Of a stretch of 64,000 nt of DNA, positions 24,001 through 34,989 are shown piece by piece. Position 1 is the stretch's first letter; each line of letters starts with the position of its first letter. A program made the translations under genes and the position numbers. A model generated the notes under the pieces. The model had not been told where the DNA came from, did no database searches, and worked only from the letters and a program-made list of their open reading frames with translations. This stretch comes from Rebecca billardiae RCC1528 (taxonomy: Eukaryota > Protista > Haptophyta): NCBI GenBank assembly GCA_965240325.2, contig OZ251238.1:434001-498000 (forward strand), in the 5' to 3' direction.

Positions 24001-25048
24001 TGGCGCCGGCGGCGGCGACGGCGCGGCCGCCATGTTTGGCGCCGGCGGCGGCGTGGGCTCGCTCAGCGCGACGGTGCGCGAGTTCCTCGCGCCCGCGTGC
24101 GGAGGCATGATGTACGGCGGCGGCGCCGCCGACTCGGAGGCCGGCGCCGAGCGCGCGGCGGCGGAGGAGGAGGAGGAGGAGGCGTCCGTGGCGCCGGAGT
24201 GCCGCGCGGCCGGCCGGCGCCACTCGCTCCGAGCGCTCGAGATCGCGCGGGAGACGGGCATGGACGCCGAGCTCGCGTCCTACGCGGCCCACCTCGGCAT
24301 CGAGCCTCGCGCAGAGCCGCAGCTGCTGTGGCTCGCGCAGGTGGCGGAGCGGGTCTCACGGGATGGCCTGCTGCCGCCGGGCTGGGTGCTGCGCCAGGCG
24401 CCGGGCGGGGAGGTGTACTACGAGAACACCGCGCTCGCGCAGCACACGCGCACGCACCCGCAGCACGAGCCCCTCGCGCGCCTCGCCAGCCTGCTGCGCG
24501 CCGCGGGGCAGGGCCAGGCAGAGGTTGGTGCCTTTGACGCGCGCTGGAGCGCCGCCGAGCTCGCCGGCACCGTCTGCTCCGCCCTCGTCGAGGCGGGCAA
24601 GCTCGACGGCTCGCACGCCGTGCGGCTGCGCGAGCGGCAGCGCTCGATCGCCGACCGCTTCGAGCTGTGCGGCCTCGACGGCGCGCGGCTCGCGCAGCTC
24701 AACGCGCGCTCACTCGAGGTCGCTGTGCGCGACGCAATGGACGGCGACGCCAAGCAGGACGAGGTACTCGGCGTGCTGCTGCAGATGCTGCCCGCGTCCG
24801 CGCGCGACGTGGACGTGGGGCACCTCTCCTGGCACGGCACGCTGTCGAGCGAGGAGGCGCGCGAGGTCACGCAGCGATACGTCGAGCTCGAGCGCGCGCG
24901 CGCGGCGAGCGAGACCGGCGGCGCGGAAGCGGCGGCCTCGCCCGTGCGCGCCGCGGCAAATGGCGTGGCTGCGGGGGGCTCGCGGCGCGGCAGCAAGTCC
25001 GCTGCAAACGGCGGCGCGCCGCCGCGCGCCGCGAGCCGCAAGCTGTGA
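21062..25048 (+). CDS. STE20-family (MST/GCK-like) Ser/Thr kinase with long low-complexity linker and C-terminal CEP164-like WW module
   Basis: IGTGSYAQV, VAIK, HRDVKPQNIL, DLG in place of DFG, TVIGSPLYLAPE, DVWSLGISAIEMAEGKPP, RALFLIP; WW-like LPPGWVLRQAPGGEVYYEN...THP near 24370-24460. Confidence 0.88.
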   Translation: MAGAEAYELLERIGTGSYAQVFRARARAHGHDVAIKILPRPHDGNTSGLASLQVEIAALEKCRSDYVVGLFAAFEHDGSIWLVMQYCLTSVSDVIRSSPSGRLREADVACVCHGTLRALVHLHELLFIHRDVKPQNILISQSFTPQLADLGVSAQLSSDASRRGTVIGSPLYLAPEMIIAGSYDQRCDVWSLGISAIEMAEGKPPLSHINPPLRALFLIPSQPAPTLDPERGCPDGAPWSVAFHSALARCLVKDPDERPRSAELMEDPWFGAAPTELSLDVRERAHAHADSLRTAHGSADGASTHSSLPSTAGTGTIVHGTPPTATEARAGGADPNGTLRALDDGTQRTVIIPWLGAAREGETPSTSTLPTVGGAGGYGEGDGTSTGTLTASEAGALTATRLAARGPSSTGTNSPAGSGTLLSALSGLGSAGGGGGGHSLPHSGYNSLTAGWSGAIGSALGLTGPEAGRAPGDPPQPPPHTAYAWGQQQPPPQPTPTQPPPPQSRPPLPPAHPLSRGAPGPAPPVPPRATLPGGEGEGPRERPNDRAHRASTDPIYSDDFEDAESDEDDSKSARSAALSTSSAEQPQPQPHAPHLSESKSRAPSWLAGFARLSLTDEAAAAAAEKPDAARAAAARPAAAAASALREPAACAGGAVVGAGAGAGAAASRPTPDAAAAGSAGGGAGSSGPASPSAAESSGKGRKGRKARRNRSRHASAAAAPAHAAAAAAAAAAVSPPALSDADSVEAVSLAALRRACAQRRMQPAEADATAHAVAELGGFEGTPAHGGGGGGSAADGGAAPGVSWLRQHELACQQLGNGPSLSALVDATLNCALLAREGQTPDATSPLRGGAPGGGAAAGMAAVGGWFAAFGGGGGSGGAAAAGRARMGAEAAASLARVLAQVIGDEGAAAVSVEQVRTCVLPALRPLLTHEHGAVQAAALEVLLACHPTIDALAEHSRTPSAHDSPGRGPALADGAAAMFGAGGGDGAAAMFGAGGGVGSLSATVREFLAPACGGMMYGGGAADSEAGAERAAAEEEEEEASVAPECRAAGRRHSLRALEIARETGMDAELASYAAHLGIEPRAEPQLLWLAQVAERVSRDGLLPPGWVLRQAPGGEVYYENTALAQHTRTHPQHEPLARLASLLRAAGQGQAEVGAFDARWSAAELAGTVCSALVEAGKLDGSHAVRLRERQRSIADRFELCGLDGARLAQLNARSLEVAVRDAMDGDAKQDEVLGVLLQMLPASARDVDVGHLSWHGTLSSEEAREVTQRYVELERARAASETGGAEAAASPVRAAANGVAAGGSRRGSKSAANGGAPPRAASRKL

Positions 25049-25320
25049 CGAGCCAGTGGCACAGCAAGCCGGCTCGTTGAGCATCGCCGCGTCCGTGAGA
25101 GGTGGAGCACGCCGTGCCGGCCGCGGGCGCGGGACGGGCCGCGCGGCCAACGCAACGGGCGGCCTCATTGGAGCCCTCGTCAGACCGACAGACCGGTCAC
25201 GGTGAGACGACCTGACAGTGTCAGTGACACCCGGTATGGACTATGGTACGGGCTTGAATTTCGTATCGTCATCAGATGCCGCCAGCATATATAAGCAGCA
25301 GCGCCAGCCGACGTATATTA

Positions 25321-25323
<3 letters not shown>

Positions 25324-25372
<49 letters not shown>
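25324..25372. repeat. (TA)n microsatellite
   Basis: Directly visible; abuts the element starting at 25373. Confidence 0.97.
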
Positions 25373-25380
<8 letters not shown>

Positions 25381-26237
25381 CCTTGACCTTGCGTACGCAA
25401 CCAACTGCCTGGATGCGGCAGGCGCATACTTACATAACACAGACACTCCTTGGGATTTTCTAGTTGTCGTGGAATACGTTGCAGCCCACCGCAGGCTGCA
25501 GTGGGGCACAACGGGCAGCGACCAAAAGCAGGCGGGAGCGCGAGATCGTCGTCGCGAGCACTTGGCACGAGGGCAGCTGCTGCGAAACCGAGCACGCAGC
25601 TGACAGCTGGCCAGAGGGCTTGGGAGAGGGAATCTGGCAGCTGGCTTGCCCGAGCAGCGTGCGCGTGTCACCGAGATCGAATCTGCGGTAACTTGGATGA
25701 GCCTCCTTGATGAGCGGACACGGCTGGCATACTGCAGCTTTGTCACCGTCCAATAAGCATAGAAGATGAATACGACCGCTGCCGGCCATTTGTACTCCAG
25801 GTACCCCCATCAATGTATGATCGACCGGCTGTAGATGAGAAAGCCAATCGATGAGCTGGAATATTGCTGGGCGACCGAGTTCGTCGTCATTGATGCATCA
25901 TAGAGGCGTGTATGATGCTTATTATGGCGGGAATGGTGAGCGCGCTTGTGGTGGTTGCTCCGCCAGAACGATGAATCGTTTGTATCTGCCGTGCTGTAGT
26001 CGAGCAGGTGTAGCGCGCTTCACCAGCGGTCGAGGCCGGCTCAGCTGGAGGCGCGGGGTGCCGAGGCAAGGGGCTGCAGCAAGCGGGCGACGGTGCGTCG
26101 AGGTCGATAATAGCCAATTGGATCGTGGCCCTGAAGCTTAGTACGACGCAGCGGGCAGGGCAAAGTCGATCGGCGGGTAGTATGGCCACGTACTTCTCGC
26201 CAGCGGACACAATCGATTATTGTGCCAATAACACCAC
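25373..26237 (+). mobile_element. Non-autonomous asymmetric-IR/3'-hairpin element (subfamily A, monomer)
   Basis: 5' GTGTCC (25377-25382); 3' GGACAC (26205-26210), AATCG, stem TTATTG-TGC-CAATAA, end ACCAC|AT. Same layout as the 44507-46123 units; AT-rich flanks; no credible ORF. Confidence 0.7.
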
Positions 26238-26417
26238 ATATACGCCGTCGATATATATACGTACGAATATCAATATATATGATACGGAGTACGACGTATA
26301 CGTCGTATATATATACTACGCCGCCACTGACTACGACCGCGACTGATTGGTAGGCCGGCGGTAGCTTGGACTTCATCCGACTTGGAGTTGCTGTTGGAGT
26401 GCGTCGTCATCGAGTCG

Positions 26418-27386
26418 TCATTCATCCACGGCGATGTCACCAACCTGCCACTCGACCGCGGCGCGGAAGCGCAGGCGCGACAGCGCCGGCATCACGTCGG
26501 CCTGGCCTTGGATCGCAGCCGCCAGGAGCAGCCACTGCGCCGACGCAAAGCCGTTGCCCACCGGCAAGTTTGCCGTCCTCACCGCCTGCGCTGCGCGCTG
26601 CGAGAGACCGGGCACACAGGCGGCACACCACGCCGCCGTCACGGCGAGCGCAACGTCATGCACGGACTCGACGTCGTCCGAGCCCGCCTCGCACGGGGAG
26701 AGGATGCTGTCGGGCGCGTCGACGTACGCCATGTGCCCGGCGTGCTTGAGGTACGCGAGCAGCCGTGGCGTGTGCGTGCGCGCGAGCGCGGCGTAGAAGC
26801 TCGCATAGTTGGAGCCTTTCGGCGCGCACTCGCCCCCGTCCGCCCCCGAGCCCAGGATGGCGGTCGGCACGCGCAACGCCTCGAGCTGCGGGAGCGTCGT
26901 GTTCGATTCGAAGGGCGTCGCGTCGACTGGGTCGAGGAGAACCATCGCCGCGACCGGGCGCGAGCTCGACGCCGCGGCTAGGACGCACTCCTTGGCGCCG
27001 CGGCTGTGCCCGACCAGCAGCAGCGGCGTGTCTGCCGAGGCACCCAGCCGGCTGGCCTCCTGCTCGGCGAGCCGGAGCGCGCCAGAAGCACCCGCGCCGA
27101 GCTCCGTCGGGTGGCGCAAGCTCGAGCCGTCGTTGTACAGCACAGTGGGAACATTCAGCTCGTCGAGCAAGTAGGCAAACGGGATGTACTGCTCTTCAGG
27201 CAGCAGGAAGCCCGACACGACGACAGCGAGCGCGGCAGGCGAGCCGCCCGCCGCTGCCGGGCTGGCCGGACTGGCGAGAGCGGGCGGGTACCTGCCCGAC
27301 GAAGTGAGCGTCGTCGACGTGACGGCTGCGGCAGCGCGAAGAATGGCCTGCCGGCGGGTGCCGGCGCCAGCGGTGGCGCCGCCCAT
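26418..27386 (-). CDS. Chlorophyllase-like alpha/beta hydrolase
   Basis: GHSRG nucleophile elbow, LLDPVD, CAPKGSNY and AGHMAYVD match the Ser/Asp/His motifs of the chlorophyllase family. Confidence 0.8.
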   Translation of the reverse strand: MGGATAGAGTRRQAILRAAAAVTSTTLTSSGRYPPALASPASPAAAGGSPAALAVVVSGFLLPEEQYIPFAYLLDELNVPTVLYNDGSSLRHPTELGAGASGALRLAEQEASRLGASADTPLLLVGHSRGAKECVLAAASSSRPVAAMVLLDPVDATPFESNTTLPQLEALRVPTAILGSGADGGECAPKGSNYASFYAALARTHTPRLLAYLKHAGHMAYVDAPDSILSPCEAGSDDVESVHDVALAVTAAWCAACVPGLSQRAAQAVRTANLPVGNGFASAQWLLLAAAIQGQADVMPALSRLRFRAAVEWQVGDIAVDE

Positions 27387-27412
27387 CGCGTGCAGTCGCG
27401 CGCGGTCCTGGA

Positions 27413-27502
27413 CTGCCTGAGCTTCCGCTTGTCAGCTGTGTGCGTCTCTCAAGTCTTACAGCCGTACTGTATTCTAATGTTCTTAGTTATGTGCAAACTG
27501 TA
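27413..27502 (-). repeat. Degenerate solo TA|CAGTTTAC repeat end with many short insertions
   Basis: Colinear blocks CTGCCTGAGC, AGCTGTGTGCGTCTCT, TTCTTAGT and AAACTGTA match the copy at 39460-39520. Confidence 0.6.
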
Positions 27503-27853
27503 CTCGCGCTGTACAGTAAGTAATGACGCAGTTCCATGCGCAGTTTGTCGATCGACGCGCCGGAACAGCCGCTCCGCTCCGGCTCAGATCGAGAGGCCAG
27601 ACCGAGACTGGCTGCCGGCCGGCCAGTCGGCTGGCTACGCAGTAGCACGCGTACTGTGCTCTGATGTCGCGTAGTCTCAGCAGTGACAATGACTACAGCA
27701 ATGTTGTCATCGTGTCAGGTGTACGTCCGTCGGGGCTCGGGCCGGGGGTCGGACCAGCACTCGGACCTGCTGACCTTGGACTGGTGGCCACCGGCGGCGC
27801 AGGCACCCGCCCGACCGCCCCGTCCGTCGCTCGCCATCGGATGGCATTCGCCA

Positions 27854-30749
<2,896 letters not shown>

Positions 30750-30909
30750 GCTTCGTGCGGCTGCGGGGAGCTACTCTCGGCGAGGTGACTTGGCCGTCAC
30801 CTCGCATCGGCAGTGATCAGTGAGCAGCAGCTTTCGGGGCGATGCCCCCGGAACACGCTCAGCGTCCGTGGGTGCCAGCCCTGCACAGCCTCGTGCTCGC
30901 ATCGGCGCC

Positions 30910-31800
30910 ATGCTGCTGCGCCGCGTCGCGCTCGGGGGCGCGTCGACGTGGCTGCGCGCGCCGCGCGCGTGGGGCGGCGCGCCGCGCCGCGCCGCGCGCT
31001 CGGCGTCGAGCGCGCCCCGCGACGCGCCCGCCGGCACCTCCGACACTGCCGCCGCCGCCGCCGCCGATTCGACGGGCGGCGCGGCGGCGGACGCGGATCG
31101 CGAGGCGCGCGTGTACGAGCGCGCGTTCGCCAACTTCCTGCGCAAGCGCGCCGAGGCGTACGCCGCGCTGAGCCCGCCGCCGGACGAGCGCGAGCTGCTC
31201 GCCAAGCACCGCGAGCCCGTCGTGCGCATCTGGGAGCAGCTCTTCGCCATGCGCCAGCTGCCCGACCTGGTGGTCTGTCTGAGTGCCTCGCCCGACGTCG
31301 TGCGCGAGTGCGGCAAGATGCGCATCCCCGTGGTCTCGCCCGTGGACATGAAGCACGCGCCGGACGGCGTGACGTACCCGATCGTCGCCTCCGCCGAGGC
31401 CACCGGCGTGCAGGCCGACATGCTCCGCATCTACCGCGAGGCCGTGCGGCTGGGCAACGCGGACGCGCTGCGGCGGCGCCGGCCTTCGCGGACGCACCGA
31501 CTGCTGGCGGCGGCGGGCGCGGGGCAGCGCGCGGAGCTGGCGGCGGCGCGGCGCGCGTGGGCGGCGGCGCGCGAGCAAGACGCGGTGCAGCGCCGCGTCT
31601 TCGAGGTCGCCAACACGCAGCACACGCCCCGCGGCGGCAAGGTCGCCTTCCCCGACGCGGCGAAGCGCGCTGCGTTCCGCGCGCGCGCGGTGCGGCGCGC
31701 GGTCGCGGCAGAGGCGCAGAGCGCGGCGCAGCGCGCGCGCGCGGGCGGGTTCTCGACGGCGGCGCGGCGCGGCAGGAGCGGGGCGCCGCGCTCCTCCTGA
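30910..31800 (+). CDS. Ribosomal protein uS2 C-terminal-domain-like protein, probably mitochondrial
   Basis: Arg-rich presequence MLLRRVALGG...; MRQLPDLVVCL...VVRECGKMRIPVVSPVD...VTYPI resembles the uS2 signature LPD...E...IP...VD.....YPI. Confidence 0.65.
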   Translation: MLLRRVALGGASTWLRAPRAWGGAPRRAARSASSAPRDAPAGTSDTAAAAAADSTGGAAADADREARVYERAFANFLRKRAEAYAALSPPPDERELLAKHREPVVRIWEQLFAMRQLPDLVVCLSASPDVVRECGKMRIPVVSPVDMKHAPDGVTYPIVASAEATGVQADMLRIYREAVRLGNADALRRRRPSRTHRLLAAAGAGQRAELAAARRAWAAAREQDAVQRRVFEVANTQHTPRGGKVAFPDAAKRAAFRARAVRRAVAAEAQSAAQRARAGGFSTAARRGRSGAPRSS

Positions 31801-32256
31801 AGCCCGCGCCGCGCCGCGGCGTGGCGCCGCACGGCGCCGGCACGACCCCTTCTGACTCGACACTGACGCCGTCACGGCAGCGAGGTGGCCCCTGGGCCTG
31901 GCACGCACTCCCTGCAGTCACGGCAGTGTTCAATAACGCACGTGTACTCATTCAATGAGTACACGACGCATCGTCACCTACGAATCAGCCGCATCGTCAC
32001 CATCGTGTGACCGCGACCAGTCGACGACGCCATCGCGGAAGCGCCCGACGAGCCGTGACGAACTGCGTCTGCCGATAGAATCCTCGATCATCCAGTGATG
32101 ATGAGCAGACCAGTCATCCACCGACTACAGTAGTCGACTACCGAGGCCACCCGGCGAAAGAGGAAAACGTAGCAACCGACCCATCCGACCTCAAAGGTAT
32201 TGACACCGCGGTCGGCAGTGCCGCTTTTCGTCGTCACGGCTCGTCGGGCGCCCGCG

Positions 32257-32772
32257 ATGGCGTCGTCGACTGCTGGTCGCGGTCACACGATGGTGACCAT
32301 GCGGCTTGAGCACTTGGTGGAGCTACTGCAGGAGCGCGACGATGAACGGCGCGGCGAGCTAGCCGTGGCGCTCGCTGAGCGTGACCACGCGCGCGCGCGC
32401 CTCGCGGGCGCCACGATCTACGACCCGGTGCGGGACAGGGACCGCGGCACCATTGCGGCAAACACGGCGCTCAACGTCGACGCGGAGCGAGCTAACCACG
32501 CGAAGCGCATGGGCATGCTCGAGCACTGGAAGCAACAGCTCGCCTCCGCAGACGAGGAGCAGCGCGTGCTCGCCGCGCGCACGGATCATAAGCTCGGCCT
32601 GTACCCGCTGCATCCTCAATCCAAGCAGCCGCCTGGCCCCGCTGGCAAGCCCCCTGAGCACAGGCCAGCCTCCGACTCGCGCTCATCCACGCCTCCCCGG
32701 CGGACCTCGGACTCGCGCAGAGGATCGAACAGCTCGGGACACGCAGTGAACACAGGGCACGCCTCCAGCTGA
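32257..32772 (+). CDS. Hypothetical coiled-coil protein (about 171 aa)
   Basis: ATG-started ORF with helical heptads (LEHLVELLQERDDE; LEHWKQQLASADEEQ), bounded by AT-rich spacers. Confidence 0.5.
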   Translation: MASSTAGRGHTMVTMRLEHLVELLQERDDERRGELAVALAERDHARARLAGATIYDPVRDRDRGTIAANTALNVDAERANHAKRMGMLEHWKQQLASADEEQRVLAARTDHKLGLYPLHPQSKQPPGPAGKPPEHRPASDSRSSTPPRRTSDSRRGSNSSGHAVNTGHASS

Positions 32773-34371
32773 GCTGTCCAGCAGCGGCAACCGGGACCGA
32801 AGCGGCCAATGCGCCGGCCGACGGCCGTGCCGCGCGGCTTTTCGGTTTCCTTCCGACGGTCAGAACGACGTGAATCATATGTGTACTACGATGATACAGT
32901 GACGACAGTCTCAGGTGTCACTGATGATATATATTTAACGACGTGGCAGCATCGGACAAGCGTCAGGCTCAGAGTGCAACAGACACTGATGATATATATA
33001 TATATGTGGTCCTACCGGGCGGGGCGGCGTCGGCTCGGTCCACATCATCGGATGATCGCAGTCGTCCGTTACCCTCTCAGACTCAGTATTCAGTAAACAG
33101 ATCCCGCCGTTACAGACTGCGACTCCACGGGTACTATCCGGCCGTGAAGAGACTGACGAATTAGTTATTAGAGAGCTTCCGATGATTGCCTCTATCTAAG
33201 ATGATGACAATTCGTCGCACGTACATATTATTTGTCTGACTACTGCCATCGGACTTCATCATCTGCGCTGGCAGCTGGCTGAGTCTGATTATATTTATGA
33301 GACTGCCGAAGCGCATCGTCGGCAGCTCTGAGTGAGCGCGCTCAGCGCATCGTCCCGTCTCCTGAGCACAGAGCAGGGCTGGGAATTCGTCAGTACAGTG
33401 ACCATCATCACGGTGTGTCGTCACGGCTGCCCAACGGCAACAGGCCGGCCGTGATCTTACACGTGACATCACGTGACGAGTCCGGCCCAGGGGGGGGGTG
33501 GTGGTGGTGGTGGGGGGGGGGGGTTCCGAGGGGTCCCCCCCGGGGCCCCGCCCGCCGCGGGCCCGAGGCCGAGGCGACGAATTGTTTTGGGCAGCCTATA
33601 TATATATTTGGGAGCAGTGACGATGATGAGTGAATTATGAATGACGACGATGATGAATAATCTGAATGAATATCGAAATAGTCTGGCTCGGTAGCTTACA
33701 GACTTAGTCATCACTGACGATTACTCATGAAGAGCGCGATTAGACAGCTGCACTCCGACTAGTCGCGGTCAGCACCCCCGTCTTTGAATAGGTACCTGCA
33801 TGAGGCTCGCCTGCCGAGCCATCAACTTGGCCAGCTCGCGCGCACTCACTCACCTTCAGCGGCCCGGGCCGCGCGTGGCCATTTTAGTGGTGCGCTCGAG
33901 GATGGGATCGGGCGCGCCTTGCCCAGCTGGCGCTCCCCCGGCTTGAGGCGCTTCTTCTCACGCGCCGCCTCCGCGCTCGGCGCGCCCGCCTCCGCGCTCG
34001 GCGCGTCCGCCACGGCGCTCATCCGACTGCGGCCGCGAACCCGCCTTGGCTCGTCGAGGACTCTCGGCGAGTCGGCGCGCCCCCGCGCAGGCGTGCACTG
34101 CCCCGGCCTCGGGCCCGGGGGCTGTCCGGGTGCACACCATGACTACCGGACTGCTGTCACGTGACGGACCCATTGCCGACGTGACGCGTCACGTGATCAC
34201 GCGTCACGTGATCACGCCGTGATATCACGCTCACGTGATCACGAACTCCCAGCCCTGCTCCTGAGCCGAATCGGAAGATCGAGTCGTTGTATAATCCCAT
34301 GATGGGCGCATTCTTCCACAGCCGTAACGTGTGCGCGCTCACGCCGGCCGCGCCGCTTGCTGTGGCTCCTG

Positions 34372-34791
34372 TCATCTTGCTGATCCAGCAACACCGGCGT
34401 CACCAGAGCCTGTGTTGCCAGAGCGCCAGGGGCAATGCCGGCAGCCAGCACTGCAGCACGGTCTGCTGGACAGGTGCACCGCGGAAAATACGCGAAGACC
34501 GGTGGCGGGGTCAATGTACTGCAGCAGGCCTCTGCGGCATGCCTCCTCGTGCAGGAGATTGGCGAGCAGCGCGTGCGTTGTGCCACCATCCGCCGTGGTT
34601 GCAAGCACGCGCTCGAGGGCGCGCTCGAAGGCCGGCTCGTCTGCTGCCTCGTCGAGCTCGAGGGGCGCACGCCGGCGGCTTGCACAGTGAGACGTGTGAG
34701 CGAAGCGTGCCACCGTCGTCGTCACCGCCCTCCCCGCCCCTAAGGCTCCGATCGCCTCGCGCTGGCAGCGCCGCAGGAGCACGCGAGCCAT
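34372..34791 (-). CDS. DUF5522/C1orf53-like small Cys-rich protein with mitochondrial-type presequence
   Basis: HEEACRRG..YIDPATG.RVF....L..RPCCSAGCRHCPW matches the family motif. Confidence 0.85.
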   Translation of the reverse strand: MARVLLRRCQREAIGALGAGRAVTTTVARFAHTSHCASRRRAPLELDEAADEPAFERALERVLATTADGGTTHALLANLLHEEACRRGLLQYIDPATGLRVFSAVHLSSRPCCSAGCRHCPWRSGNTGSGDAGVAGSAR

Positions 34792-34861
34792 TCCCGCCGA
34801 GAATCGGGAGATTCCGTCGTCGTCGTCGCAGTCCGGCGCCCCCCCTGTCCGGGTACGTACA

Positions 34862-34981
34862 GCTACATCATCGGCGACGGCTCGGCGGTGACAGACAGGT
34901 CACAGAATCAGATGGCGGGCGTCAATCTCGCCTGCCTGAGCTGTGTGCGTCTCTTCTTATCTGAGTATTGAACTGTAAACT
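34862..34981 (-). repeat. Solo TA|CAGTTTAC repeat end (degenerate)
   Basis: TGGCGGGCGTCAATCTCGCCTGCCTGAGCTGTGTGCGTCTCTT is identical to the core of the 39460 copy. Confidence 0.8.
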
Positions 34982-34989
34982 CTACGGCC

